NCBI GenBank assembly: GCA_951406725.2
Contig: OX597817.1
Coordinates: 96,968,001 to 97,032,000 of the forward strand
Source of the DNA: Octopus vulgaris
Taxonomy: Eukaryota
DNA length: 64,000 nucleotides
Direction of reading: 5' to 3'
Notes under the pieces: generated by a model
The model's database searches: none
Told to the model about the DNA's origin: nothing
What the model saw: the letters and a program-made list of their open reading frames with translations, nothing else
Part shown: positions 1 through 12,827 of the stretch, piece by piece
Position numbering within the stretch: position 1 is the first letter of the stretch
How the letters are laid out: the number at the start of each line of letters is the position of its first letter
Position numbers and translations under genes: made by a program

Positions 1-1849
1 GAACTGAAAGATGAAAGATGGTGTAAAGCTAGCGTTTTATACTGTACTATTGGCTCACCGGAAGTTTGGAAGAGACTGTCTATGTAACCTTGTCAGAAGG
101 CTGCAATTGGTTGAGTTGGATATTGGCGTGCAATAGAGCAAGAGACAAACTGCGCCAATACCACCATTGACTTCAAGTATGTAATTTCCACCAATAACTC
201 AGGCTCCTTTTATTGAACCTGGTCGCAGTTCATTTGTTTTTGCTCAGCATCTGGTGGTCGTTTAGAGGTGCTCTGTGTCAAAAAATATCATTCGTTGCAG
301 ACGTTCTCTCTACATCATTCACATGCCCCTGACGGGCTCAGAGGTTACAGCCTGAGTTGATATCTTTAATTGTATATATTGAAAGTAACCCAAATTCAAT
401 GTTTTATTGAAACAATATATTTCTATAGAGATTAGGATTTAAATTCTAGTCTATGAAAATTTCCATTCTACAATATTCTTAAAGGAACGAAAAATTATCC
501 AGCAACTAGGGCTAATATGAATGAGCCTGGTAGGAGCAAAAAACTAACTGGCATCTCTGGTCAATAGTACAGGCGACAGTCAGATAGCTGATGTTTGTTG
601 TGCACTTGCTGCTATTCTGTGCACCTGTGTGTAAAGATCAGTAGTGTCTTGCAGGGTTGCTTTATTTTTACCCTTAACTTAGAAATGGAGAAAGGCATAG
701 TGCTAGATATAAAGAAAATAAGCCATTTGGGGCTAGAAGTACTGCCATAAAATGTGAAATTCTTCGAGGTGAAATCTCTGATGAGCCCAAGTGACGCTGA
801 TGACTTGGAGTCACCACTGATATATATATATATATATATATATTTTATAAAATCTGTTCTGTCTGTCTGTGCATGTATCTTCTAGGATCTCGGGCAGTGA
901 GGAAGTGAATGTAAAATAAAAACCAATCACACTAAAGGAAGTGCCCAAGAATGGCCACAGCCTCTGTCTGAAACTATTAAAGGCAAAAGCAAGCAGTAAT
1001 TCTTTTCACACACAAAAAAGATTGTCCTGATATATTTCATAGCTCATTGGCTAGTCAATAGATACATGTTTTCCTCTTACGTGAATCACCATATATAATC
1101 CCTAATTCAATTTCAGTGCTTCATCAACCAGGCTTTTGATGATTATTAATGGTACTATGGAAATGAATTGATTTCGGCAAGGAATTAAAAATGGGACTTT
1201 GCTCCCTGGGATCTTGTCTGTTCAAGTATGATGTACACTTTTTATGTATGAATTAAGTAGTTGGTCTAAAATTTCGCTATTAAAAGTAATAGTGTCAACA
1301 GTAAATCAGTTTTGTTGACCTACATTGTTTTCTTAGACATGAAGTCGAATTTTATTACAGTGGAGTGTAATTTTCTGAATACTTAAGTATGTTGCTAAAA
1401 CTTATTTTATTGATACTGGGAGTATGAAAGATGAAGTTTATTGCAAGGATATTTGAAGATAAAGGGATAAAATTAAATACTTGAAATCATCTGAGCAGGT
1501 AATCTTTTGACTTTGTCTACTAATTTATCTAATATTTGCTATGTTGTAATATACATTGATGTAATTTGTGTTAGGTAGCATTCTTGTGTTAACAACTGCA
1601 GAACAACATCTGGGTGAATTTTTCAAATGTTAATTATTTTTTGTCTGTCAGTTACCTCTTACAACTCTTTATATTTCATTGGTAATACTAATAAGAATGA
1701 AAATGAAATGTTAAATGACTGTGTGGATAGTAAATAGGTTAGCTATTATAAATAAGCATCCCTATTATACTTTGTAACTCAAATGTTCAAATGTCAATGA
1801 GTCAGAAATATATTTCATAATTATTTATTTGGTTCTTTCTGTTTCCTAG

Positions 1850-1896
1850 GTTTATATTCAAGTTTCTCTTTGCCAACTGTTTTACATTTATTGCCT
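1850..1896 (+). CDS. Host gene exon A: hydrophobic signal-peptide-like segment (FIFKFLFANCFTFIA), phase 2 to 1
   Basis: Acceptor ttctttctgtttcctag, donor GTAAGT. The last T joins TG of the next exon to give ...FIA-L-GCPKE. Upstream exon or start codon not identified. Confidence 0.65.
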
Positions 1897-2207
1897 GTAA
1901 GTAAAGTTTTACTTTTTATTTTCTCTGAGATTGAGCATGGTAGATATCAAATTATGGAACTTGCAAGCAGTCGTGCTATAAGCCTAACCTATAGACATTT
2001 GTTTGTTCATTCATTAAACTTTCATTTTTCCATGATAGTGTAAGTTTGGGCACATTTGAAATACAATTATGCAGTTAGATTCTTATTTCTCAAAGGATTT
2101 TGTCATCCCACAGGTTTTTGAGAGGACAAAGGGACCACTCATAATGTCGACCATTTCACACAAGCAAAGCTGTGGAATATCAATATTCATGCTTATTTGC
2201 ACTCATA

Positions 2208-2853
2208 CAGGAGTTGGACAAAATAATGGAAACACCTAGCATCATAGCATCATAATTTTGAAGTATCTATAAAACTGTCAAAAGCTTGTTTATTTTTATG
2301 TTTTTTGATTTATTATTAGTGTTGCTTAATATGGCTTGCTAAATTACTGTTTCCTTTCAGATATCAGAAAAAGGCAATTAAAATTCATTAAAATGACAGA
2401 TCTATTGGACTTTCAAAGAGGTCAAATTGTTGGTGCTTATATGGCAGGCACGAGTGTAATGTAAACAGCAAAAATGTTCAGTGTATCAAGAAGTACTGTC
2501 TTGAAAGTAATGACAGCCATTGAGAAAGAAAGAAAAATCTCCTCATCGAAACAAAACTCCGAAGAAAACCAAAACTTTCAGATAGGGACCGTTAGACTAT
2601 TACGTGAATTGTTTGAAAGGATCACAAAAGTACAGCCCCCCAAAATTACTGCAAAGCTTAATGACTACCTTGAGAACCCAGTTTCCACAAAAACTGTTTG
2701 CCGGGAGCTGTATAAATCTGGATTTCATGAGAGGGGCTGCATCAGAAAACCATCACTTTCAAGCTGTAATTATTACCAAACGTGGCCCTACCCCATATTA
2801 AAATAAATTTGTTTGAAATTTTATGGTGTTTCTATTATTTTGTCAAACCCCTG
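2208..2853 (+). mobile_element. Internally deleted Tc1-family transposon
   Basis: TA-flanked TIRs CAGGAGTTGGACAAAATAATGGAAACACC / GGTGTTTCTATTATTTTGTCAAACCCCTG. Degenerate paired-like HTH (MTDLLDFQRGQIVGA...VSRSTV...VSTKTVCRELYKSGF). Confidence 0.85.
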
Positions 2854-2886
<33 letters not shown>

Positions 2887-2902
2887 ATATATATATATAT
2901 AT

Positions 2903-3137
2903 ACTTTATTTAAAGCAACAGAAAATTCAACAAAACCTGTTACTCTGAGTTTCCCATTGCCATTCATCGGACAGTTTTTGCTAGATTCTAGCAAAAACTG
3001 TCCGATGAACGGCAACGGGAAACTCAGAGTAACAGGTTTTGTTGAATTTTCTGCTGCTTTAAATAAAGCATATTACTCTACCACTGGTATTTGAGTACTC
3101 TTTTTTCCACCTTGTTTCACATTTATGTGTTTACTCC

Positions 3138-3140
<3 letters not shown>
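2903..3140. mobile_element. Penelope-like pseudo-LTR fold-back between (TA)n tracts
   Basis: Near-perfect palindrome of about 165 bp (2903-3070) centred on GCTAGATTCTAGC. Each arm contains a degenerate hammerhead layout. Confidence 0.6.
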
Positions 3141-3194
<54 letters not shown>

Positions 3195-3198
<4 letters not shown>

Positions 3199-3460
3199 TA
3201 AATTAGAGATAAAACCACTATTAGGCAACTCAAACAGTGATAGACATAAACCAATACATAAATAACAAAAAATATAAATATAATTAATATAATATATAAT
3301 ATATTTATTCATGTATTGGTTTATGTCTATCACTGTTTGAGTTGCCTAATAGTGGTTTTATCTCTAATTTAATTTATATTTATACTGCAAAGTTTGATTT
3401 AATCCTAAATCTAATTTTTCCCTGTAAGTTTGGATATACTTCCTAATATAATTATATATA
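3195..3460. repeat. AT-rich interspersed repeat with an inverted duplication (probably PLE pLTR-derived); related copies near 14490-14830 and 53760-53820
   Basis: AATTAGAGATAAAACCACTATTAGGCAACTCAAACAGTGATAGACATAAACCAATAC (~3200-3258) is present inverted at ~3313-3372. Confidence 0.6.
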
Positions 3461-4592
3461 TCATCATCATCATCATCATCGTTTAACGTCCACTTTCCAT
3501 GCTAGCATGTGTTGGATGATTTTGACTGAGGGCTGGCGAACCAGATGGCTGCATCAGGCTCCAATCTTGATTTGGCAGAGTTTCTACAGCTGGATGCCCT
3601 TCCTAATACCAACCACTCCGAGAGTGTAGTGGGTGCTTTTTATATGCCACCGGCACAGGAGCCAGTTAGGCGGTACTGGCAACGACCTTACTCGAATCCT
3701 TTTACGCATGCCACCAGCACAGGTGCCAGTAAGGCGACGTTGGTAACGATCATGCTCAAATGGTGCCCTTTTATGTGCCACTGGCACGGAAGCCAGTTGT
3801 CTGCTCTGGCAACGATCATGCTTGGATGGTGCTCTTGGCCCCCTACTAGCATGGGCACAAATGCCAGTAAGGCGACACTGGTAACAATCACGCTCAAATG
3901 GTGCCCTTTAAGTGCCACTGGCATGGAAGCCGGTTAGCCGCTCTGACAATGCTCACGCTCGTATGGTGCTCTTTGCACCCCACTAGCACAGACGCCAGTC
4001 ATCAAATTTGATTTTGATTTTGCTTTTGATTGATTTCACTTGCCTCAACAGGTCTTTGCAAGCAGAGTGTTTGTGTCCAAAGAAGGAAAAGGTATGCATA
4101 AGTGGGCTGGTTACACCCCTGGCGTAGGCCATGAGATTATGGTTTCATTTGACTTGCCGGGTCTTCTCACACACGGCATATTTCCAGAGGTCTCAGTCAC
4201 TTGTCATTTCCTTGGTGAGGCCTAAATTTCGAAGGTCGTGCTTCACCACTTCATCGCAGGTCTTCCTGGGTCTACCTCTTCCACAGGTTCCCTCAACCAC
4301 TAAGGTGTGGGACTTTTTCACACAGCTGTCCTCATCCATTCTTGCCAGATGACCATACCAGCGTAGTCATCTCTCTTGCATACCACATCTGATGCTTCTT
4401 AGGTCCAACTTTTCTTTCAAAGTACTTACACTCTGTCGAGTATGCACACTGACATTACACATCCATTGGATCATACTGGCTTCATTCCTTGCGAGCTTAT
4501 GCATATCCTCAACAGTCACAGCCCATGTTTCACTGCCATGTAGCATGGCTGTTCGTACACAAGCGTCATACAGTCTACCTTTTACTCTGAGT
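3460..4592 (-). mobile_element. 5'-truncated RTE-clade LINE (RT C-terminus, tandem-repeat 3'UTR, (ATG)n tail)
   Basis: SLRVKGRLYDACVRTAMLHGSETWA...MIQWMCNV motif and (CAT)n end. Same family as 15488-17245. Confidence 0.85.
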
Positions 4593-4613
4593 GATATATA
4601 TATATATATATTT

Positions 4614-4675
<62 letters not shown>

Positions 4676-5857
4676 GTATACATACACATATATTTATTTG
4701 ATTAATACAGAAGATAGAGGGTACCGGAGGCTTTATTTAGGACAACAATCATTTCAGCTCCCCACCAGGTGGTGAGTAATGTAATGGAATTGAACACTAC
4801 AAGGAACATTCCCATAACAACGTTTGGATATTACACTTTAAAGTCTCCTACCTAAACTATAATTTAAAATGCAACTTACTTATATATTATCATCATCATT
4901 TATCATCTGCTCTCCATGTTGGCATGGGTTAGATAGTTTGGTTGGAGCTAATACGCTGGAGAGCTACACCAGATTCCAGCCTGATTTGACATGGTCTCTA
5001 CAGCTCAATGCCCTTACTAATACCAACCACTCCATGAGTGTAATGGATGCTTTTATATGTCACTGGCACTGGTGCCATTTACATGATACCAGCAATGACC
5101 AGACTATAATTCACAAGTGCTTTGTATCACTGTTTCTTCTCTATAATTCCTCTCTAAATAACTTCTGATTAATATTTAACATTATATATTGGAGCACAAT
5201 TCAGTCTAATTTTGTATTATTTTAATTCTTAGTCTTAAGAATTTCTAATAGAAGAAGTGTTAAAGTTTTTGTTTATGTGTGTACATCTGTAACTCTTATT
5301 AGTAATGAAACATACGTAATGGTGAATAAATGATACCAAAAACTTTCTAGTCTTCTGTTTACACACACATTCTAAATTCCATACTACTTAGTTTATAAGA
5401 GAGAGAAATGAGTCATTCATGATTTTTCAAGAGCTTCTACTGCATAACTAGGTTAAAGTAGTTGCAACTAGAAATCAAAAACTGCCTGCATGATTCTCAA
5501 TGTTACTCTTTGGCACTTTACTTAAAATTTAGTAATAAAGGCTTCATTTGAATGAGACTGGAAATTGGTTGAGTACCAGACACAGTAATTTACAGTATTT
5601 ACTAATGTATCAGGCCAAATCTTGTTGAGGGGAAAGTGATTTTGTGTGTTATTCCTCTGGGTCGACAAAATAAGTATCAGTAATGAACTATAGGTGATTA
5701 TATTTCTCTCTTAAAAATATATTAGAAAGTATAGAGTTTAATAACAAATCAGTGTATTGAAAAAGGTTCTAATCATGTACTTTAATGTAACAGACAATAC
5801 GCTTTCCTCTCAAACTTCCATTTGTACCCTTCAAAAATGAGATATTTTCTTTTGTAG

Positions 5858-5940
5858 TGGGTTGCCCGAAAGAATTTCTAGACAACTTGAAGCCTGGAGT
5901 TTATGTGATGCGAGGTCCACATTGGAAATGGGGTAATCAG
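5858..5940 (+). CDS. Host gene exon B: N-terminal half of MIB/HERC2 domain (GCPKEFLDNLKPGVYVMRGPHWKWGNQ), phase 1 to 0
   Basis: Acceptor ttttcttttgtag, donor CAG/GTAAGA. Matches the Mind bomb/HERC2 signature GxxVxRGPDWKWGxQDGG. Confidence 0.9.
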
Positions 5941-6935
5941 GTAAGAAAACAAAGTTAAATTATTAGTAAAATAAATGTAATCACTTGAATGGTTATTTGT
6001 TTCTAGGGATGACCATAATCAACATTTTCTTCAGTAAATTGCACCAAATACAATTCTTCTAAACTGTCAGAGACCTCTCTCACATACTAATGCTATATAG
6101 TGATATTTACTATTGATTGTTATACAGTATGGTTGACTTTTCAAGACAACACTTACCAATAGTTCTGTTTAGTCTGAAAAGACAGTGAAAATCTATTCAA
6201 GCATTCATCTGTAGATGTATGCATCATCTGCAGAGTTACAAACTGTCTACTATCTCATGATGTTTATTTTAGGTGACATATAGATGAATGGCAGTGAACG
6301 CTCTCCACAACTGTGCTACAGTAAGTAGAATGTTATAAGATAATCTGGAGCATTACACCAAGGATTGAGAACTTTTAATGTTTTGCAGACTGCCTATTTT
6401 CCATGCCACAGAACCATTCAATTACTGTAGTCACCCTTCTGATATTGGAGTTTATGGTATTGAGAATACACTTACAAGGCCTATTTCATTCTTAGTCAGG
6501 ATTAAGCAGCCTGTATATATGGTTAGAAAGGAAGTTGAGTTTATGGTCCTTAAGTATGATATAACAGTGGCATATGACAAGGCAGTTTACACAATCCTCT
6601 TTATTTAGAAGGGTAGCTAGTTCTTTTGCTTCAGTGTTTATGTCAAAGTATGTAGAGTTATTAGTGTTCAAAGCAAAAATTACATAAAGAAAAATAGCTG
6701 GTGTTGCTTACATAGCATTAACACCACATGACCTGAGTCGACCAACAGAGACTAACACTTGGAAGCCGTCTTGAATTTCTCTCAAAGACTTACACTCTGC
6801 TCCTAGAATCTAATGAGATGGACATGTCCTATGCAACCACAAAGTCAAAGCTGAGTCAAACTGTTATTAAAAATATATGCAACTCCAATTAAATGCGCTG
6901 AATGTTATGTTCTTTCATTTGTTACCTCACTCATA

Positions 6936-7085
6936 TAGGTGCAGGCATGGCTGCGTGATAAGAAGTTTGCTTCCTAGACGTAGTTTTTGGTTCAGTCTCA
7001 CTGCATGGCACATTGGGAAAGTAACCACAGGCTGACCAAAGGCTTGCGGGTGGATTTGGTAGACTGAAACTGAAAGAAGCCCACC

Positions 7086-7116
<31 letters not shown>

Positions 7117-7292
7117 AGTCTGTGTTAGTCCCCCTGCCACTGCTTAACAACTACTGTTGGTTTGTCTATGTTCCTGTAACTTAGTGGTTCAGCAAAAGAG
7201 ACTGGCAGAATAAGTACCAGGCTTTTAAAAAATATAAGTACTGGGTTCTATTCGTTCAACTAAAAGTTTTTGAAGGTGGTGCCCCAGTATGA
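6936..7292 (+). mobile_element. tRNA-derived bipartite SINE with internal (TG)n
   Basis: Diverged copy of the SINE at 13510-13910. Confidence 0.75.
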
Positions 7293-7416
7293 ATTTCATT
7301 GCATGAAGTTCGAAATAGTATTTTTTCTTAACCCACTGTACATCGACATTTTCAATTTGGAGTGGTTGTGACCCAATGGGTCACAATGGGTACATCTAGT
7401 ATATATACATATATAT

Positions 7417-7870
7417 ATAATAATAATAACAATAATCCTTGGATTGAGTTTATAAACATTTAATGCATTGCTACATGCATTTCCATAAATCACATGTCTT
7501 TTAAGATCACAGTCTGTATTCCTGGGATGATTACAGTGTAGTCCGTAGTATCCATGGGCATCTGGTTAATCATCCTCATAGATTCATTTCTTCAGGCAAT
7601 ATAACATTAATGAAAGTACAATAGAAGGATACTTATCCCTTTTGATCAGTCAAAAGTGATAAGCAGCCCTCTCTTGTACATCCATTAACGCCTGAAGAAA
7701 TGAATCCATAAAGATGATCAACCCAATGCCCATGGATACTACAGGCTACACTGTAATCATCCCAGGAATACAGACTGTGATCTTAAGAGACATGATTTAT
7801 GGAGATGCACATAGTGAAGCATTAAATGTTAATAAATTCCATCCAATGATTATTGTTATTATTATTATTA
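7417..7870. repeat. Imperfect fold-back (inverted repeat) of about 450 bp
   Basis: 7417-7597 is the reverse complement of ~7690-7870, and the spacer is also self-complementary (CTTATCCCTTTTGA/TCAAAAGTGATAAG). ORFs 7296..7493(-) and 7714..7896(+) translate to similar peptides. Confidence 0.8.
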
Positions 7871-7884
7871 TATTTATCCTGAAG

Positions 7885-8100
7885 ATGGCAAGCTAACAGA
7901 ATCATTAACATCCAGGGCGAAATGTCTAGCGGTATTTTGGCTGCCACTACATGCTGAGTTCAAATTCCATTGAGGTTAACATTGCCTTTCATCTTTTTGG
8001 GGTCGATAAATTAACTACCAGTGAAATACTGAGATCAATGTAATCGACTTAATCTCTCCCCCAAAATATCAGGCCTTGTACCTACTGTAGAAAAGATTAT
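7885..8100 (+). mobile_element. Short SINE-like repeat
   Basis: B-box-like GAGTTCAAATTCC and a GGGGTCGATAAA..ACCAG core also seen degenerate near 5650-5700. Confidence 0.5.
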
Positions 8101-8552
8101 CATATTTATTCTGCATTATATCAGTACACTTCAATGCAACCCCAAATAACTGGTCCACCAGTCAGCATCATTAGACTGTGGCTGGCATGATGGAATAGGA
8201 GCTTTATTTCCATATTCTAAACGTTTCCCATGAACAAATTTAATATATATATATATATGGGTGGGGGGGGGTGTAATAAGTTCAAAAGAGAACAGTTCAA
8301 ACTTTTTGAGAGGCCCAAAAAGAGAGAAAGAATGATTTCTAATAAAGATTCATCATATTCATAAAAACAGCCAGAGCAAGTAATAAGAATATGAAAATAA
8401 TAGTTGAAAAATATCGTTATAGGTATAAATATACCACAAACAGTTATAGAAAAATGGAGGAGAAAAAGATGTTGCATCAAAATTAGATTTAATACAAAAT
8501 AGGATTCAATACATACATGCATTTCAAAGGATAATACAAATATACTCTCTCT

Positions 8553-8963
8553 CTTTTACTCTTTTACTCGTTTCAGTCATTTGACTGCGGCCATGCTGGA
8601 GCACCACCTTTAGTCGAGCAAATCAACCCCGGGACTTATTCTTTGTAAGCCCAGTACTTATTCTATCAGTCTCTTTTGCTGAACCGCTAAGTGACGGGGA
8701 CGTAAACACACCAGCATCGGTTGTCAAGCAATGCTAGGGGGATAAACACAGACACACAAACACACACACATACACACACATATATAAATACATATATACG
8801 ACAGGCTTCTTTCTGTTTCCATCTACCAAATCCACTCACAAGGCATTGGTCGGCTCGGGGCTATAGCAGAAGACACTTGCCCAAGATACCACGCAGTGGG
8901 ACTGAACCCGGAACCATGTGGTTGGTTAGCAAGCTACTTACCACACAGCCACTCCTGCGCCTA
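8553..8963 (-). mobile_element. tRNA-derived bipartite SINE
   Basis: Reverse complement of the 13510-13910 copy. Confidence 0.85.
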
Positions 8964-9146
8964 TGTAAGAAAAAAATTATAATCATAGTAATTATAATTA
9001 AATTCATGCATTGTCATTTTCATCAGTGTGAGGAATTTTTGTAAGGACATTAAAAAAGGTTTAATAAAATAAAGTAAATTAAAATAAGATACAATAAGGC
9101 AGAATACAAATGGGGTAATAGGGAAAAAATTGGATATTTATAAGCA

Positions 9147-9765
9147 ATGCAGTTCTATATTCAAGAGATGAGGAATTATGTACATTATTTACATTTGACG
9201 GATATTTGTCCTCATTTTGGTCATATTCTCTCCTATTGGTGGTTTTACTTGCAGGAGATATTTACAATGCTTTGCAAATATCTCCTTCGAGTAAAACCAC
9301 CAATAGAAGAGAATATGACCAAAGACTGCGTGTACTCCATCCCATGCAGCTGTGGTAGGTTATACAAATGCGAAACATGCCGCCCCCTCAAAATAAGGGT
9401 AGATGAACATCGCAAAGCTGTGACACAAGGAGATATTGATAAATCGGGTATAGCTGTTCAAGTATGGCAAAATGGAGACCACCTCCCCATGTGGGATGAA
9501 GTTAAAATAATAGACAGAGAACACCACTGGAAAATACGAAAACTAAAAGAAGCAGTGCATGTGCTAGGACACAACAACCTCCTAAGCAGACCGAGTGCAG
9601 ATATGAGCAGCATATAGGAACTGGTATTAAGGAAGGATAGGAGAATATTAGATTTATAAGCCCTAAAATTCACTCCATAATTGCCCATGGGTATACGGCG
9701 TAGTGGTTAAGAGCATGGGCTACTACCCCAACATTCTGGGTTTGATTCCAAGCTGTGACCTGAAC

Positions 9766-9802
<37 letters not shown>

Positions 9803-9945
9803 TGAAAAATACCTTAGGAATGAGAACCCAGGTTCGAAATTTCCCCAAGACACCTGAAGAAGGCTGGAGAGTATATCAGCCGAAACGTTGTGTTAATAAC
9901 AAACAAGATGAGGACAAATATCCATTGAATGTAAATAATGTAAAT
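9147..9945 (+). mobile_element. 5'-truncated Penelope-like element: GIY-YIG endonuclease fragment plus pLTR, with an inverted pLTR piece at the 5' end
   Basis: CVYSIPCSCGRLYKCETCRPLKIRVDEH...RKLKEAVH. 9179-9216 is an inverted copy of ~9907-9943. Confidence 0.85.
9849..9894 (+). ncRNA. Minimal type I hammerhead ribozyme in PLE pLTR
   Basis: GACAC-CTGAAGA-A-GGCTG(loop)CAGCC-GAAA-CG-TT-GTGTT: canonical core, stems I and II, palindromic stem III. Confidence 0.75.
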
Positions 9946-10449
9946 AATTTACAAACAAGTTGTTAAAGGGAAAAAATAACAGTAGTAATAATAAGAGAGT
10001 TGAAAGAGAAAAAAGACAGAAATGTCAATGTGTATGCACGTCTATATGTGCAGTAAATTATAACATAAAAATGGGAATAAAAATTTAACGGATATGTTTA
10101 AAAAATGGTAACGTGTCAAGAAAAAGTATAATAAACAGGGCAGTAGAATATAAAGTATAGAGAGTTATACATATACATATTAATATTGAAAAGCGAAAAA
10201 AAAAATATTTTACACGAGGCTAAAAGTGATAAGCAAAACAATGTTTGAGAAAAGTTACAATATTTAAGTAAAAATGTACATACAAGCAGAGGTAAAAACC
10301 AAAGTGAACCTAACAAGTAAAAAACATCGATCACATACAAGACTGGCTAGTGTATTCAAGATTGTTACTTTACTCAAAAACTAATTTTGGGAAAAAAACG
10401 AATATATGAAGGACAAAATTATAAAATTACAAGTGAGAGAAAACGTATA

Positions 10450-10894
10450 CACTTAACACATAAGGATATACAGTAATACACATATACACACATTGACACA
10501 TACATAGCACACACATATACACACACACAAAAACGTGCATACACTCACACATACACATACAGGGGTGCAAGTGTGAGGGAAGATACAAGTAAAATAAAAA
10601 AGTACGTATTTACATAAGACATATATAAATATAAATAAATATATATACATATACAAACATACACACACACACATATACAACTATATAACCATAGACACAT
10701 ACATGCATATATATATATATATATACATACATACCTACACATACATATGCATATATACATATATACTTGCACACACACCTACAAACACATACATAAACCA
10801 TAAACATGCACATACATGTACTTGAACACACATGTGTACATATATATATATATATATATAATATATATATATATATTTATATATATATATACAC

Positions 10895-10933
<39 letters not shown>

Positions 10934-11242
10934 TATAAATAGATACATACATATATATACATATACACACATACACACTCATGTACACATGTAAAATACA
11001 CATCCATCCAAAGAAAAAATATATATAAAAACATATAGAAATACACATATATATACACTGATATACATATGTATATGCGTGCATGTTAATGCACATAGAC
11101 AAAAATAAGTATACATGCATACACACCTACATATACTTGTATATACACATGTAAACAAAAACATAAAATACATTCATGCACAAATGCAAAAACATACAAG
11201 TAAAACATGCATACATACTTACATACAAATATATATATCTAC

Positions 11243-11280
<38 letters not shown>
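10450..11280. repeat. Degenerate (TA/CA)n low-complexity tract
   Basis: Direct inspection. Confidence 0.9.
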
Positions 11281-11282
<2 letters not shown>

Positions 11283-11380
11283 TAGCAGTATCACCCGGCG
11301 TTGCTTTAGAATTGGAATTTTTGAAAAGTAAAAATTTTGCATTATGTAGCTTGTTATTCTCTTTTTCCTGTAAGTTTAGA
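11281..11380 (-). mobile_element. Helitron-like 3' terminus fragment; similar ends at 48037-48090 and ~46073-46097
   Basis: The minus strand reads AGCAACGCCGGGTGATACTGCTAGT: GC-rich subterminal segment, then CTAG and T. Confidence 0.5.
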
Positions 11381-11394
11381 GTTATACTCCTTAA

Positions 11395-11430
<36 letters not shown>

Positions 11431-11432
11431 CA

Positions 11433-12196
11433 TTCAGAAGTTTTATTTTTATAGCGTGCTTTCACTTCACTACCAAGCGCAGCTCTGTTTGCCTTGGGTA
11501 TGTGCTGTGATTTGTTGTGATGCTCTGATGGTTACTGTATTGAAAGTGTTCTGTGTAGGATGTGTGCAGTGCCTAGTAGTGCAATTTTCTGTATGTTATA
11601 TGTGTTTGTAAGTCCTGGTGTTTTTGTTATGTATTTGTCTGAATATTTTTTTATCATGCCTAATGCACCTACTATGATGGGAATTGTTTCTGTTTTTAGA
11701 TTCCACATTCTAGTTACCTCTATTTCCAGGCCTTTGTATTTTGAAAGTTTCTCCATTTCTTTTAGAGACACGTTATCATCTGCTGGACAACTATATCTGG
11801 TCTGTTGGCCTTAATTTCTCTATCTGTGTGTATTGGCATATCCCAGAGTATGGTTGCTTTCTCGTTTTCTGTGACCTTTTCTGGTGTGTGCCTATACCAT
11901 CTTTTTTCTGTTGTTATTCCGTAATGTTGGCATAGCTTCCATTGTATGTAGGTCCCAACTCTGTCGTGTCTGTGAATATATTCCTTCTTAGCCAGGACTG
12001 GGCAGCCAGAGATATGATTTATTGTTTCTTGTCCATCTCCACATATTCTGCAGTTACTTGTTATATTTCTTTTCATTACATGTTTTTGGTAATTTCTGGT
12101 GGGGAGGCTTTGGTCTTGTGCTGCAATTAAAAATCCCTCTGTCTCTGCTTTGAGTCCTGAGCTTCTCAACCATTGCTGGGATTTTTCTTTGTCTAT
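11433..12196 (-). mobile_element. 5'-truncated RLE-type non-LTR retrotransposon (R4/Dong- or NeSL-like) inserted in (TAA)n
   Basis: CCHC knuckle CRICGDGQETINHIISGC, RHDRVG, KANRPDIVV (PD..D nuclease), IQKIALLGTAHILHRTL. (TTA)n on both flanks. Confidence 0.85.
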
Positions 12197-12233
12197 TATT
12201 ATTATTATTATTATTATTATTATCATTATTATT

Positions 12234-12769
12234 GAGTGAGAAGCAGTTCATGCCATCAAAGTGACACTGGGGTAAAATATACGAAGCCCAATATACCCAT
12301 CATGACTACCCGTCTGATAAGGGTACACCAGGCACATGCATCACAACCATATGTACGTGACATGGTGATCTCATATCAAGATAAACAGCACATTACCTTG
12401 CAGGTGGGGGCCCAGTTAGAAATTTCTTCAGGTTGAGTATCCCATCCCGCTCAAAAGGTCCCTGAATAAGGGTTTTTTAAGGATGTTGAAAGAACCACCC
12501 ATGTTTCCAGAGGTGAATTATTCAAACCCCAAAGAATCCCTCTCAACACATGGCTATGATGCTCCCCCACTACTTCTGCTCGTGATCAGAGATGCACATA
12601 TTGTCAGCCACTAAGGGACATGCTCAACTGGTTAAGGTCAAACAACTGACAAGCAAATCTGTGGTATTTGCTGTAGCCTATCTTTTATACCAAGACAAAA
12701 CAATGTACATGATAACACTTCCAATCAGTTAAGATCAGAAGCCATGAGAGCCACTGCCTGGTACTGCAT
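12234..12769. mobile_element. Unclassified ~535-bp interspersed element between (TTA)n tracts
   Basis: GC-richer block sharply bounded by TTA microsatellites. No clear coding motif. Confidence 0.45.
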
Positions 12770-12795
12770 ATTATTATTATTATTATTATTATTAA

Positions 12796-12827
<32 letters not shown>

